This document shows positions 15,464-25,375 of a DNA stretch of 27,988 nt, in pieces; the stretch's first letter is position 1, and each line of letters opens with the position of its first letter. The position numbers were made by a program, and so were the translations under genes. The notes under the pieces are model-generated. The model was not told where the DNA came from, made no database searches, and saw only the letters and a program-made list of their open reading frames with translations. The stretch covers positions 1 through 27,988 of the IMG/VR virus record IMGVR_UViG_3300030708_000097. The stretch is one strand, 5' to 3'. Source of the stretch: a virus. Taxonomy: Duplodnaviria; Caudoviricetes.

Positions 15464-18340
15464 ATGGTATTTAATAATAATCTTCTTTTAGGTGCAGGTG
15501 GTCAAGGTGGAGCAACTACATTTGACACAACTCTGATTGGTAACTCAGTTTGGTTAGATGGTTCTGCTGACAATTTAAGCCGTTCTACTTCAAGCCATAG
15601 TTCAACTGAAGTTGTCATGGCATGTTGGTTTAAGCGAACCAGTTTTGCAGGTAGTAGTCGGGGAATTATGGCTCTTGGCACTGGAACAAGTGGTTCTACA
15701 AATTCTGGTATATGGTTGGGTAGCGACGACACATTATATTTTTACAATAATGGACATGGGGTAGTAACAAATCAGCTATTTCGAGATATTGGTTGGTATC
15801 ATATTTGCGCTAGTTGGAAACTTGATGAATCAATAGCAAGTAATAAAGGAAAATTATTTATTAATGGAGAAGAGGTAACTAGCTTTTCTACTGATCCTAG
15901 AAGTAGTTGGGGTACAAGTTTTGGAAGCACAGCCAATCAAACAGTCGGCGTTATCTTTACAAATACTTTTTTTGATGGCTATATCGCTCAACCTGTAATG
16001 CTTGATGGTCAATCAATACAAGGCGGTGATGTAGCTATCACAGACTTTGTAGATACATTTACATTTGGAACTAATGGTTCACAAATTATTCCAAAAGCTG
16101 ATGCAGATATTGCTGCGCTAGCAACCACTGCTGGTGGTAATTCATTCTGCTTAGATTTTTCTACTGCAAGTGTAGCTTTATCCTCTGGTGTTACACCTAC
16201 ATCTAATGCTGGTACATTTAGTGGATCATTATCTAATTTAACAGATGGAGATTTTACAACTGAGTGGCGAAGTAATGTTGATCCAGCGACTAATGTAAGT
16301 AACGATCATGTAGCTTTTGATCTAGGTTCTGCAAAAGATGTTAAAGCTGTTAAAATTACTGGAAGAAGTTCAGCAACTGGTAATTTTAAAGTTCAGTTTT
16401 CTGATAATGGTTCAGACTTTACTGATACAGGAACAACCTTTAGTAATGTATCAATAACAACAACTGCAAATAGCGGTATCCTAGACCTTACATCTGATAA
16501 TCCCGGTTCACATAGATATTGGAAACTTATTAATATTTCTAATTCTTCTGGTACTTCTGGTTGGGGTTTTCGAGAAATTATTTTAGATTCAGCCGTTGGT
16601 AACTTAGGTACAGATGCTAGTGGTAATGGTAATGATTTTACTCTTAATAGTATGGGCAGTGTTAATCAATCCGTTAATACGCCAAGTAAGGTTTACCCTG
16701 TTGTAAACGCATTAACAAAAGTGGGAAGCGCCTCTTCAACATTAGAAGAAGGCAACACAAAAGCTACGACGAATGATAACGGTGGTATTGTTATCACTCC
16801 AAAATTACCGTTTTCGGGTCTTTGGTATTTTGAAATTAATGTTACAACTAACGTAGCATGGTATCCCGGAATTGGTCAACAAAGTGCATTAGGATTTAAT
16901 TCTACTAACGCTTGGGGAACCACAACTCCTGAAACTCATGTTTGGTTGACTGATCATCCGGGCAATTATTTTAATAACAATGGTAGTTTATCAACTTATC
17001 CAAAAGCAAATCCAACAACTGGACGTTTTGCTGTAGCATGGGATGGCGATAACAGAGCGTTATACTTTGGGCAAATATCAGGTTCTACTATTACTTGGAC
17101 TAATTCAGGTGACCCAACCAGTGGGTCTAGTAAGACAGGAGCAGCCCCCGGAAATTGGCCTACAACTGGAACTGATCCTCTATACTTTATTGTTCTCGGT
17201 GGTGGAACTTCTGTTATGGAGTTTGACTTTGATGAAGATGACTGGACAGGAGTAACAAACAGACCAGCAGATGCTAAAGCTTTAAATTCTGAAAACCTAA
17301 CCGCACCAGACTATCAAGGAATAGATTACTTTAATGCTGTAAAATATACAGGCAACGGCACTGCAATTGGCTCTGGCGGTAAGGCAGTTACAGGAACAGG
17401 TTTTAAACCAGATTTGGTATGGATTAAAAACCGAGATGCTGCTGACAGTCATGCTTGGTATGACGTTGTTAGAGGCACTACTAAACAAATCGAATCAGAT
17501 ACGACTGCGGCTGAATCAACTGAATCAGAAGGTTTAACGACGTTTGGGAGTGATGGGTTTACGGTTGGCAACTTAGCTCAAGTGAATACCAGCACTGAGG
17601 ATTATGTTGCTTGGCAATGGTTAGGTAGAAACAGTACCTCAACCAATACAAATGGTTCTTTAAACACGACTGTAACAGTCGCAACAGCCGATCACTTTAG
17701 CATTGTTGGTTGGACAATGTCTGATCCTGCTGGTGCTAAAACTTTAGGACATGGTTTATCAGCAGCGCCAGAACTTATTATTGTCAAGAACCGCACTGAT
17801 GCTGGCACAAACTGGCCTGTTTACGCTGAAGTTGTTGGTAATACAAAATATATGTATTTATCAACCACAGCCGCAGCGGCAACATTTAATATGTGGCAGG
17901 ATACTTCACCAACTTCAACAGTGTTTTCTGTAAGTAGCAATAATGAAGCTAGTGGTTCAGCTAATGATGAAATGATTGCGTACTGTTTTAGATCAGTTCC
18001 CGGTATGTGTAAAGTGGGAAGTTATGAAGGAAATGGCAGCACAAACGGCACTTACGTTAGTCTAGGTTTTAAACCAGCTCTTGTTTTGTTTAAATCCGTA
18101 GACTCAACATCCGATTGGCAAATTTTCGATAAAAGTCGTAATGGCTTTAATGTGAGAAACAACGAACTTGAGGCAAACGATACAGCAACTGAAGACACAT
18201 CGACTAACTTTTTAGATTTGCTTTCAGACGGATTTAAACTGCGTATCGCCAGTGATCCGAATGTATCTGAAACATATATTTATCTAGCAATGGCAGACAT
18301 AGGTGGTAATGGTACGCTACCTCCAATCTACGGTAGATAA
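15464..18340 (+). CDS. Distal tail fibre / receptor-binding protein with LamG(ConA)-like, discoidin(F5/8C)-like and SPRY-like domains
   Basis: WFKR...WYHICASW...LFINGE...FDGYIA (LamG-like); LTDGD...AFDLGSAKDVKAVKI...FKVQFSDNG...RYWKL (discoidin-like); SGLWYFEI...AWDGDN (SPRY-like); repeated YTGNG/GFKPDLVWIK C-terminal domains. Confidence 0.8.
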   Translation: MVFNNNLLLGAGGQGGATTFDTTLIGNSVWLDGSADNLSRSTSSHSSTEVVMACWFKRTSFAGSSRGIMALGTGTSGSTNSGIWLGSDDTLYFYNNGHGVVTNQLFRDIGWYHICASWKLDESIASNKGKLFINGEEVTSFSTDPRSSWGTSFGSTANQTVGVIFTNTFFDGYIAQPVMLDGQSIQGGDVAITDFVDTFTFGTNGSQIIPKADADIAALATTAGGNSFCLDFSTASVALSSGVTPTSNAGTFSGSLSNLTDGDFTTEWRSNVDPATNVSNDHVAFDLGSAKDVKAVKITGRSSATGNFKVQFSDNGSDFTDTGTTFSNVSITTTANSGILDLTSDNPGSHRYWKLINISNSSGTSGWGFREIILDSAVGNLGTDASGNGNDFTLNSMGSVNQSVNTPSKVYPVVNALTKVGSASSTLEEGNTKATTNDNGGIVITPKLPFSGLWYFEINVTTNVAWYPGIGQQSALGFNSTNAWGTTTPETHVWLTDHPGNYFNNNGSLSTYPKANPTTGRFAVAWDGDNRALYFGQISGSTITWTNSGDPTSGSSKTGAAPGNWPTTGTDPLYFIVLGGGTSVMEFDFDEDDWTGVTNRPADAKALNSENLTAPDYQGIDYFNAVKYTGNGTAIGSGGKAVTGTGFKPDLVWIKNRDAADSHAWYDVVRGTTKQIESDTTAAESTESEGLTTFGSDGFTVGNLAQVNTSTEDYVAWQWLGRNSTSTNTNGSLNTTVTVATADHFSIVGWTMSDPAGAKTLGHGLSAAPELIIVKNRTDAGTNWPVYAEVVGNTKYMYLSTTAAAATFNMWQDTSPTSTVFSVSSNNEASGSANDEMIAYCFRSVPGMCKVGSYEGNGSTNGTYVSLGFKPALVLFKSVDSTSDWQIFDKSRNGFNVRNNELEANDTATEDTSTNFLDLLSDGFKLRIASDPNVSETYIYLAMADIGGNGTLPPIYGR

Positions 18341-18383
18341 TTTGTCAGAAAAGTAACGAGTTTTTAAAGAAGGAAACTAAAAT

Positions 18384-18938
18384 ATGTGGGCAAGAATTAT
18401 GGGCAATCAATTGGTAGAGATTATTAATATGCCAAAGTCTATGTATATTAATGACATTCAGTACCCTAAATCTATCTTTGGTTCTTCGTGGACTGACGCA
18501 GAGCGTAAAGAGTTAGGTATTGTGCCTTATGAGTATGAAGGTAGTTTTGTAGAAAATATGTTTTATACAACATCTGAAGCTGCACCTGTTGTAGAGTCTG
18601 ACAGAGTTGTTGTTCGTAGAACACAGTCTGCTAATAATGTAGATGATATCAAGGCAGCTATGAAAAATAGTGTATCTAATACTCTTAGTGGCTATCTAGC
18701 ACAAACTGATTGGATTGTTATCAGAGAACAGGACAATGGTACTGCAAAGCCAGCAGACCTTGCACAGTGGCGCACAGACCTGAGAGCAAAAGCTGCTGCA
18801 CTAGAAACTGCTATTGACAGTAAGACTGATGTTGCAGGTCTTGAAGCTATGACAGTGTTTACGGAAGAGATGAAGGATGCTGGTAAAAAAGCTTCTGAGT
18901 TTCATGACTGGCCTGAAAACCCGAGAGCTTCTACATGA
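18384..18938 (+). CDS. Putative tail fibre assembly chaperone
   Basis: LAQTDWIVIR...WRTDLR motif, position directly after the fibre genes, AAGGA SD. Confidence 0.7.
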   Translation: MWARIMGNQLVEIINMPKSMYINDIQYPKSIFGSSWTDAERKELGIVPYEYEGSFVENMFYTTSEAAPVVESDRVVVRRTQSANNVDDIKAAMKNSVSNTLSGYLAQTDWIVIREQDNGTAKPADLAQWRTDLRAKAAALETAIDSKTDVAGLEAMTVFTEEMKDAGKKASEFHDWPENPRAST

Positions 18939-19102
18939 CAGAAGAACTTAAAACAGTAGGAGACGTTGTGGGTGTAAGTTCTACACTAGCTCTTTTAGCT
19001 GGCTGGCTTCCTCCTCTTGTATCTTTTGTAACTCTTGTGTGGTTTTCTATTCGTATATATGAAACAAAAACTATTCAAAATTTAATTAAGAAAGATAGGT
19101 AA
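18935..19102 (+). CDS. 55-aa holin-like membrane protein (not in ORF track)
   Basis: MTEELKTVGDVVGVSSTLALLAGWLPPLVSFVTLVWFSIRIYETKTIQNLIKKDR. ATGA overlap, long hydrophobic core, basic C-terminus. Confidence 0.7.
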   Translation: MTEELKTVGDVVGVSSTLALLAGWLPPLVSFVTLVWFSIRIYETKTIQNLIKKDR

Positions 19103-19104
19103 AG

Positions 19105-20811
19105 ATGTCTGAAGAACAAACTGCTGCTGAAGAAGAACAACAAGAGATTACACAAATATCTCCAGAAATTGCTAACGCACCTATACTTGCTATTAAAGGT
19201 CAACAAGCGTTAGGCATTCCTAATATTGTTACTCAAACAGGGCTTACTGATTCTGACAAAATAGAAATGCTTTATGATCCTTTAGAGCAACAAGTTCAAA
19301 CAGATGAACTTATTACGGATCAAGGAAAGTTTTTAGATACAAGTGACCAACGAGCGCGTGTATCTAGTCCTAATTTAATTACTGGAATACCTGATGTAAA
19401 CGTACAAGCTCAAGACGCTGCACAAATACAAAATGTAGAGCGTACTTTTAGCAACATGCCTACAGCTACAGCAGCTACAGGAACAATTACTGAAAATGAT
19501 GTTGTAGACCCTAATCAAGTTGTAGATGAGCGTACAAAACAACAGCTATTGGAACGTGGAAGCCTAGCTGAAGCACAGACACAAACTTTAGCTAATGAAG
19601 CTTCTATAGCATATCAAATAGAAAAACTTACAGAAGGTATGGAAACAGGTCAGTTTCCTCCGTGGGCTTCTCCTACCGTACGTAAAGTAAATGAGATCAT
19701 GCAACAACGAGGACTAGGTTCCTCTAGTATGGCAGCAGCAGCGTTGGCGCAAGGTCTTATAGAATCTACTGTGCCTATTGCAGCCCAAGATGCACAAGCT
19801 AACGCTACTCTTCAACTACAAAACCTAAACAATCAGCAACAAACTGCTCTTGCAAACGCAGCTACGATTGCTACAATGGACAGGCAAAATCTAGATAATC
19901 GTATGAAAGCTGCACAACAAAATGCTCAGTCTTTCTTAAATATGAATCTTAAAAATACTACAAATGAACAGCAAGCTGCGGTATTGACATATCAATCAAA
20001 AGTACAATCTTTATTTACAGATCAAGCTGCTGCTAACGCTGCACAGCAGTTTAACGCTACCTCTCAAAATCAAGTAAATCAGTTCTACGATCAGCTAGGA
20101 GCTACCGTAGAGCAAGCTAATGCAGCAAGAGACTTGGCTATACAAAAATTTAATAGTGAGGAAACTACGGCTGTAGAAGAGTTTAATACTAACTTAGACA
20201 ACGCTAGAGAACAATTTAACGTAGCAATGCGCTCTCAAATAGATCAATCAAATGCTGCTTGGCGTAGGTCGATTAATACTGCAAATACTGCGAATCAAAA
20301 CAGAGCTAATCAAATTAATGCGGGTATATTGTTAGGATTAACCAATGCGGCACAAAATGATTTGTGGCAAAAGTATCGTGATGAAACTCATCAAGCTTAT
20401 TCTTCTTCTGAGAATGAAATTCAAAGAGCGCATCAGCTAGTTGTTACTGCCATGAGAAATCAATTTAATGTTGATGCTTTTAATCGTTCTGTAGAATTTA
20501 GAAAACAAGTTCAAGCGGGAGCTATTACGCAAAGAAATATAAGTTCTGCTGTTGATTTTGGCATAGGTCTTTTAAATGCAAAACCAAAAGGTGGTGAATC
20601 TATTCTTGATGCTAGTATTGGCGGATTGTTTAGTTTGTTTTCTGGAGACGACGATGTTGACGTTGATCCCGGTTCAGCAGCAGAGGGTTTTGACTTTTTA
20701 TCTGGATTAGGCACAGTTGACGATGACAGTTTTGATCTTACTGAAGACCTTTTTGATGATTTATTGGTTGGAACAGTAGAAGACCCCGGTTTTGGAGGTG
20801 GAGATTTTTAA
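19105..20811 (+). CDS. Putative internal virion (ejection/pilot) protein
   Basis: Gln/Asn/Ala-rich helical region with recurring QFN motifs, a short Gly/hydrophobic segment and an acidic tail. Located after the tail genes. Confidence 0.65.
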   Translation: MSEEQTAAEEEQQEITQISPEIANAPILAIKGQQALGIPNIVTQTGLTDSDKIEMLYDPLEQQVQTDELITDQGKFLDTSDQRARVSSPNLITGIPDVNVQAQDAAQIQNVERTFSNMPTATAATGTITENDVVDPNQVVDERTKQQLLERGSLAEAQTQTLANEASIAYQIEKLTEGMETGQFPPWASPTVRKVNEIMQQRGLGSSSMAAAALAQGLIESTVPIAAQDAQANATLQLQNLNNQQQTALANAATIATMDRQNLDNRMKAAQQNAQSFLNMNLKNTTNEQQAAVLTYQSKVQSLFTDQAAANAAQQFNATSQNQVNQFYDQLGATVEQANAARDLAIQKFNSEETTAVEEFNTNLDNAREQFNVAMRSQIDQSNAAWRRSINTANTANQNRANQINAGILLGLTNAAQNDLWQKYRDETHQAYSSSENEIQRAHQLVVTAMRNQFNVDAFNRSVEFRKQVQAGAITQRNISSAVDFGIGLLNAKPKGGESILDASIGGLFSLFSGDDDVDVDPGSAAEGFDFLSGLGTVDDDSFDLTEDLFDDLLVGTVEDPGFGGGDF

Positions 20812-20822
20812 AGGAGTCATAA

Positions 20823-21260
20823 ATGAGTTTTTTTGAGAATTTAATTGGGACAGCAATTAAAAGTGCTGTAGGTTCAGGAACAAAAGCTTTAGTTCAAAGT
20901 GCGTTTACACCTTCTAGAAGTGTAAAAGTTATAGGTGCAGCAGGAGTTCCTGAGAAAAAAAGCGCAAGTGATGCAGCTTTAGAATCAGTTTTAAAAGATG
21001 CAGATATTAAATCTGGTTTTTTAGGAGAAGTCCCTTCTGTAGGTGGTATTCTTACAAGACGAGCAGGAGCAGCAGACCCTGCTGTTTCAACAAGAACAAA
21101 TACTAATGATATTGCAAGAATGCTTGTTGCTTTAAAAAGTCCTGAAGTTGCTTCAGCAGATGCAACAGAACTAATGAGACAAATAAAAGCACCTTCTATA
21201 AATGTAGGTGTTTCTGCAAGAAGGCAGAAACAATCTTTGAGAAAACTTTTTAAAACATAG
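20823..21260 (+). CDS. Hypothetical protein, possible small internal virion protein
   Basis: AAGGAG SD, amphipathic Gly/Ala-rich N-terminus, context. Confidence 0.65.
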   Translation: MSFFENLIGTAIKSAVGSGTKALVQSAFTPSRSVKVIGAAGVPEKKSASDAALESVLKDADIKSGFLGEVPSVGGILTRRAGAADPAVSTRTNTNDIARMLVALKSPEVASADATELMRQIKAPSINVGVSARRQKQSLRKLFKT

Positions 21261-21269
21261 GTAAAATAT

Positions 21270-21824
21270 ATGAAAGACCTTACTCAACATTTAATGAATG
21301 ATCCTTTTCTAGGAAGCCCTATTCCCGGACAGTCTTTAACATCTACTCCGGGTACAATGCCCTATGAAAACCCGCCTCTTACGTCCTCTCCTTTTGACGC
21401 CTATACTGCTTTAAAAGCTGGAATGTATCAAAGGGATACTCAAAAAGATATTGCTGAAATGGTTCTTGCAGGTTTGACTTGTGAAACTGTAGCAACATCA
21501 TTTGTAATGATTGGTTTTTCAAAAGGTATGTTTAATCCTGATGTAGCAGAATTGATTAAACCATTTTTAGCTGTAGAAGTATTTAAAATTGCAAAAAGAC
21601 ACAATGTAAAAAATGTAGTGCTTAGTAATCCTGTGCGACCTCAAGACTCAGGAGACATAGAAAATTTAAGAAGATTAAAAGAAGACTTAGACCCTGAGAA
21701 TGAAATTGTACAGCCAAAGTTGACAAGAGAAGATATGGTGCAACAAGAAATGGAAGAAAAAATGTTGAACTCAGATTTTGAAGAGTCTGAAGGTTTTATG
21801 ACTAAATCTAAAGGAGTAGCATAG
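21270..21824 (+). CDS. Phage hypothetical protein (PIPGQSLT...PYENPP motif)
   Basis: Tightly packed ORF within the internal-protein cluster. Function unknown. Confidence 0.7.
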   Translation: MKDLTQHLMNDPFLGSPIPGQSLTSTPGTMPYENPPLTSSPFDAYTALKAGMYQRDTQKDIAEMVLAGLTCETVATSFVMIGFSKGMFNPDVAELIKPFLAVEVFKIAKRHNVKNVVLSNPVRPQDSGDIENLRRLKEDLDPENEIVQPKLTREDMVQQEMEEKMLNSDFEESEGFMTKSKGVA

Positions 21825-21826
21825 AT

Positions 21827-24800
21827 ATGGCTTTTATGGATAGACTTGGAACTGCCTTTAAAGGTGCGATTAAAGAAACACTTTCTGACACAGACGCCGT
21901 ATCTGACACTCTATCAACTATTTTAAAAGGGTCTCTTGGCAGTGCTTTTGTAGATAGTCCAGCAGAACAAATAGGTATGCAGCAAGAATTAATTGCTCAA
22001 GACGATAATCGCAGAGCCGCTCTTGCAAAAGCTCAAGAAGAGTATAGAAAAAGACAGACGTTTATTCAAGAGGAAATGTTTAAAGATAATTTGATAACAA
22101 AAAGAGAAAAAGAAAAAAGAGAATATGATACTAAGACAAAGCAGCTTGAGTTTGCAAAAAATGTATTTTTAGAAACTGCAAAAGCAGCAGGTGAAAATGG
22201 TCTTGATAAAAACAGCGAAGCGGTTAAAGCTTTAGTTCAATCAGGTAAACTTTTTGGTATGCCTGAAGAGAGTATTATGTCTTTTATAATGGCGCACACT
22301 CCTAAACCAGAACTGTCGCCTACTATGCAGTTGTTTGATGATTTTACTAAGTTAAAGAAAAATAATGTTATTAAAGATGATAATTTTTTCAACTACTATC
22401 GTAGAATGAAAATAAATGATTCAATGGTTCAACGTTATACAATGTATGTGGATACTTTTAAAGCAACCAAAGAACAAAAAAAACCAATATCTTTTTTAGA
22501 ATTTTTAAAATTAAACGATTCTACTAGTAAAGCTAAAGGAGCAGCAGGGTTTACTGAAGCAGAAAAGGCTAGAAGAAAGTTTCTTATAGATTTTGTACAA
22601 AAAGTTAGAGAAGGAAAGGCATCTCTATATGATACTGCTCAGTATGATGATGACGCTGTAGGAGGTCGAAAAATTATTGGAGCAGGTCTTCCGTATCTAG
22701 CAGCTATTGAAGAATTAAACAGTAAGTTTAATTTTAACATGCGTACACCTAAACCAGCAGAGGTTGCTGGGTGGATCGAACTTATGGATAGAAAAAAGAA
22801 TGCAGATTCTGTATCACAAACTCCAGCAGATAAAAACGCAAGAGTAGCCTCTACGCTTTATCCGGGTAAATTAGCGCAAAATGCTCAAAACAATGTTTCT
22901 GTAAATGTACCTCAAGAACTAGTTTCTAAAAATAATAAGCCTCAAAACTATGTTCCTAAGCTAAATGGCATTCCAAATAAAGACTACATAGGGTCTGAAG
23001 CTATAAAATATGTAGATTCTGCTCGTAAATCTCTTATAGCTTTAGCAGAAGTTAAAACATACAATAAAACTTTGTCTGCTGATTTTGGTTTAGATGAGGA
23101 CGAATTTAACGAATTTCAAGGGTTATATCGAAATGCACAGGCTACTTTGCAAGCACGAAGAAGCAGCAAAATAGTATTTGATAATAATGCAGGAGGAGGT
23201 TCTGACCAAGAACGATTAGCTAAACTTACTGCAAAAATTTTAAGGCACACTGGAGATTATGAGCCTCTTGGTAATATTTTGTATAAAGAAATGATGCCGA
23301 AAATGATAACGGAACAGCAAGCGGCTCAAATGGGAGTAGCTCCCAAAATGAGAATACACTTTAATACACAAATTGCAGATAATTTTCCAATTTTAGCTAT
23401 GGCAACAGGAGTAACTACACCAAACGTTACTGTGGACCCTGCTCAAAATTTAATAGATCAAAAAGAAGGAGTTAGAATAGAACAAGGCAACAACCATGTT
23501 ACGATATTTGGCCCTGCTAAAAATATGTCTGATCCACTACAAGAACATTTATTAGCTCTTTCTACTAAAATACAAAAAGACCCGGAAGCTCAAAAACTTT
23601 TTAAACAAGTGTATGATTATCGTAATAAAGTTAAAGATGAAACATATTTAGATTTAAAGTACGATTTAATAAATAGAATTGCTTTAAAAACTCCTTATAG
23701 TGCAAAAGATGAAATATTTACGGAATCGATATTTGATATATTTTTATCAACTGCTCAAAGGTTTGAAACTGGAGATAAATTTCTAGGTGTAGTAGCTACG
23801 CCACCACGCAGTGCAGTGTATGTTCCCGAAGGTTATATCTCTGAAGACGGAAGACAAGTTCCTAAAACTCCTGAAGGTTTAGCTCAAGAAGTTAAAAAAG
23901 CTCAAGCGTCAATACAAAATATTGGACAGGCTTTAAATAAAGTAGATGATATAGCAACTTTAATTAGTAAGCTTGTAAATGGCAGTGGTGATCCTTCTGT
24001 TTCACAACAAAATTCCTTAGAGGGATTGGGCAACATTGACGTACAAAAACTACGTGATCTTCAGAAACAACCTGTTACAGGCATAGCCTCAACAATAAGA
24101 GATTTTGCAACAAGCAGTAAAATTTTAGTGCCTAGTATTGCGAACGTAATTCGTGATTCTTTTATTGGTATAGCAGGAGATCGTATTAATAAAGGTGGTT
24201 CTTTTCACGACGAAATAGCAAAAGGTTTTGAAATAAAAGTAGAAGAAAGCGATCTTGCGTTTGTTGCAGATAATCAAACATTTATGACACAAGGTTTATC
24301 TAATGCTATAGAATCAGAAACAAAAGCCATAAATGCAGAATATAACGCTCTCATGAACAACAAAGATTCGTTGACACAAAATGACATTGATCTGCATTTT
24401 TTACGTAGAAGAATTTTATGGGAGAAAATATCTCTAACATATACTCTTGCAGGTTACGTACAAGGAGATCAGGCTGGTGGACGAACAATTTCAAATGAAG
24501 ATTTTGCTCAAGTACGAAAAGCTTTATGGGGTACACCTATTACTGAACAGACTCCTAACTTAGTAAATATGATTAAACATTTACGACTTACTTTAGGAAA
24601 TTCTTATTCTCAACAACTAGGCAGACTTAGCAGGTTAGAGATGTTTGGTCCGGGTGTAGGATCGTTACCTAGTACAGAACTAACTCAGAGATTTAGAAGG
24701 GAAAAACTTTTAAAGGATGTTCAGCTAACTAATATTGAAAAAAGAGTTAACTCTAAATTAGAACAAAAAATAAATAGCTTAAAAGCAGAAGACTATCCTA

Positions 24801-25375
24801 AATTTGTAATGAATACAAAAGCAATCGTAATGCCGTTTAAAAAGGTTCAATCTATTAGAAACGATGAACCTTACGATGGATTTCAAAAAGATAGACAAGA
24901 TAAACGTTTTACTGTTGTCCTTGATGAGCTTAATTATCTTTATGACAACAGTAAAGTTGGAAATATAAAAATTCCGGGTTCTGTAATGCCCGGAACTAAC
25001 CAACCATTTCCTGAAAAAGTAACTCCTGAAGATTTACGAGAAATATTTGTGTCTCAAAAATTAGTTACGAACTTTTTAAGAAACGGACAAGATATTTTAA
25101 AAACAACAGATGGGGTTGTTCCTCCAGTTTATTTAGAAGCATATAAAAGATTAGACCTAGATAACTTTAATGAATATAGCTCACTAAGACTTCTTTATGC
25201 TATAACTGATCTGCAAATTCCTGCAAATTATTACGCTCTTTCTAGAGACCCTTTATCATTTTTAAACGTAGCATATAAAATATCTGATACAATCAAAACA
25301 GACGTTACAAAATTTAAGTATTTAAACATGTTAAAAGAGATTATTGAACAAGGAGACATTGATGAAATCGACTAA
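21827..25375 (+). CDS. Large putative internal virion (ejection) protein, 1182 aa
   Basis: AAGGAG SD, helical composition, no Cys, size and position. No enzymatic motif recognised. Confidence 0.6.
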   Translation: MAFMDRLGTAFKGAIKETLSDTDAVSDTLSTILKGSLGSAFVDSPAEQIGMQQELIAQDDNRRAALAKAQEEYRKRQTFIQEEMFKDNLITKREKEKREYDTKTKQLEFAKNVFLETAKAAGENGLDKNSEAVKALVQSGKLFGMPEESIMSFIMAHTPKPELSPTMQLFDDFTKLKKNNVIKDDNFFNYYRRMKINDSMVQRYTMYVDTFKATKEQKKPISFLEFLKLNDSTSKAKGAAGFTEAEKARRKFLIDFVQKVREGKASLYDTAQYDDDAVGGRKIIGAGLPYLAAIEELNSKFNFNMRTPKPAEVAGWIELMDRKKNADSVSQTPADKNARVASTLYPGKLAQNAQNNVSVNVPQELVSKNNKPQNYVPKLNGIPNKDYIGSEAIKYVDSARKSLIALAEVKTYNKTLSADFGLDEDEFNEFQGLYRNAQATLQARRSSKIVFDNNAGGGSDQERLAKLTAKILRHTGDYEPLGNILYKEMMPKMITEQQAAQMGVAPKMRIHFNTQIADNFPILAMATGVTTPNVTVDPAQNLIDQKEGVRIEQGNNHVTIFGPAKNMSDPLQEHLLALSTKIQKDPEAQKLFKQVYDYRNKVKDETYLDLKYDLINRIALKTPYSAKDEIFTESIFDIFLSTAQRFETGDKFLGVVATPPRSAVYVPEGYISEDGRQVPKTPEGLAQEVKKAQASIQNIGQALNKVDDIATLISKLVNGSGDPSVSQQNSLEGLGNIDVQKLRDLQKQPVTGIASTIRDFATSSKILVPSIANVIRDSFIGIAGDRINKGGSFHDEIAKGFEIKVEESDLAFVADNQTFMTQGLSNAIESETKAINAEYNALMNNKDSLTQNDIDLHFLRRRILWEKISLTYTLAGYVQGDQAGGRTISNEDFAQVRKALWGTPITEQTPNLVNMIKHLRLTLGNSYSQQLGRLSRLEMFGPGVGSLPSTELTQRFRREKLLKDVQLTNIEKRVNSKLEQKINSLKAEDYPKFVMNTKAIVMPFKKVQSIRNDEPYDGFQKDRQDKRFTVVLDELNYLYDNSKVGNIKIPGSVMPGTNQPFPEKVTPEDLREIFVSQKLVTNFLRNGQDILKTTDGVVPPVYLEAYKRLDLDNFNEYSSLRLLYAITDLQIPANYYALSRDPLSFLNVAYKISDTIKTDVTKFKYLNMLKEIIEQGDIDEID

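Noticed and set aside
15464-18938. Diversity-generating retroelement acting on the receptor-binding protein
   Set aside because: No reverse transcriptase and no template/variable repeat pair was seen in the window.
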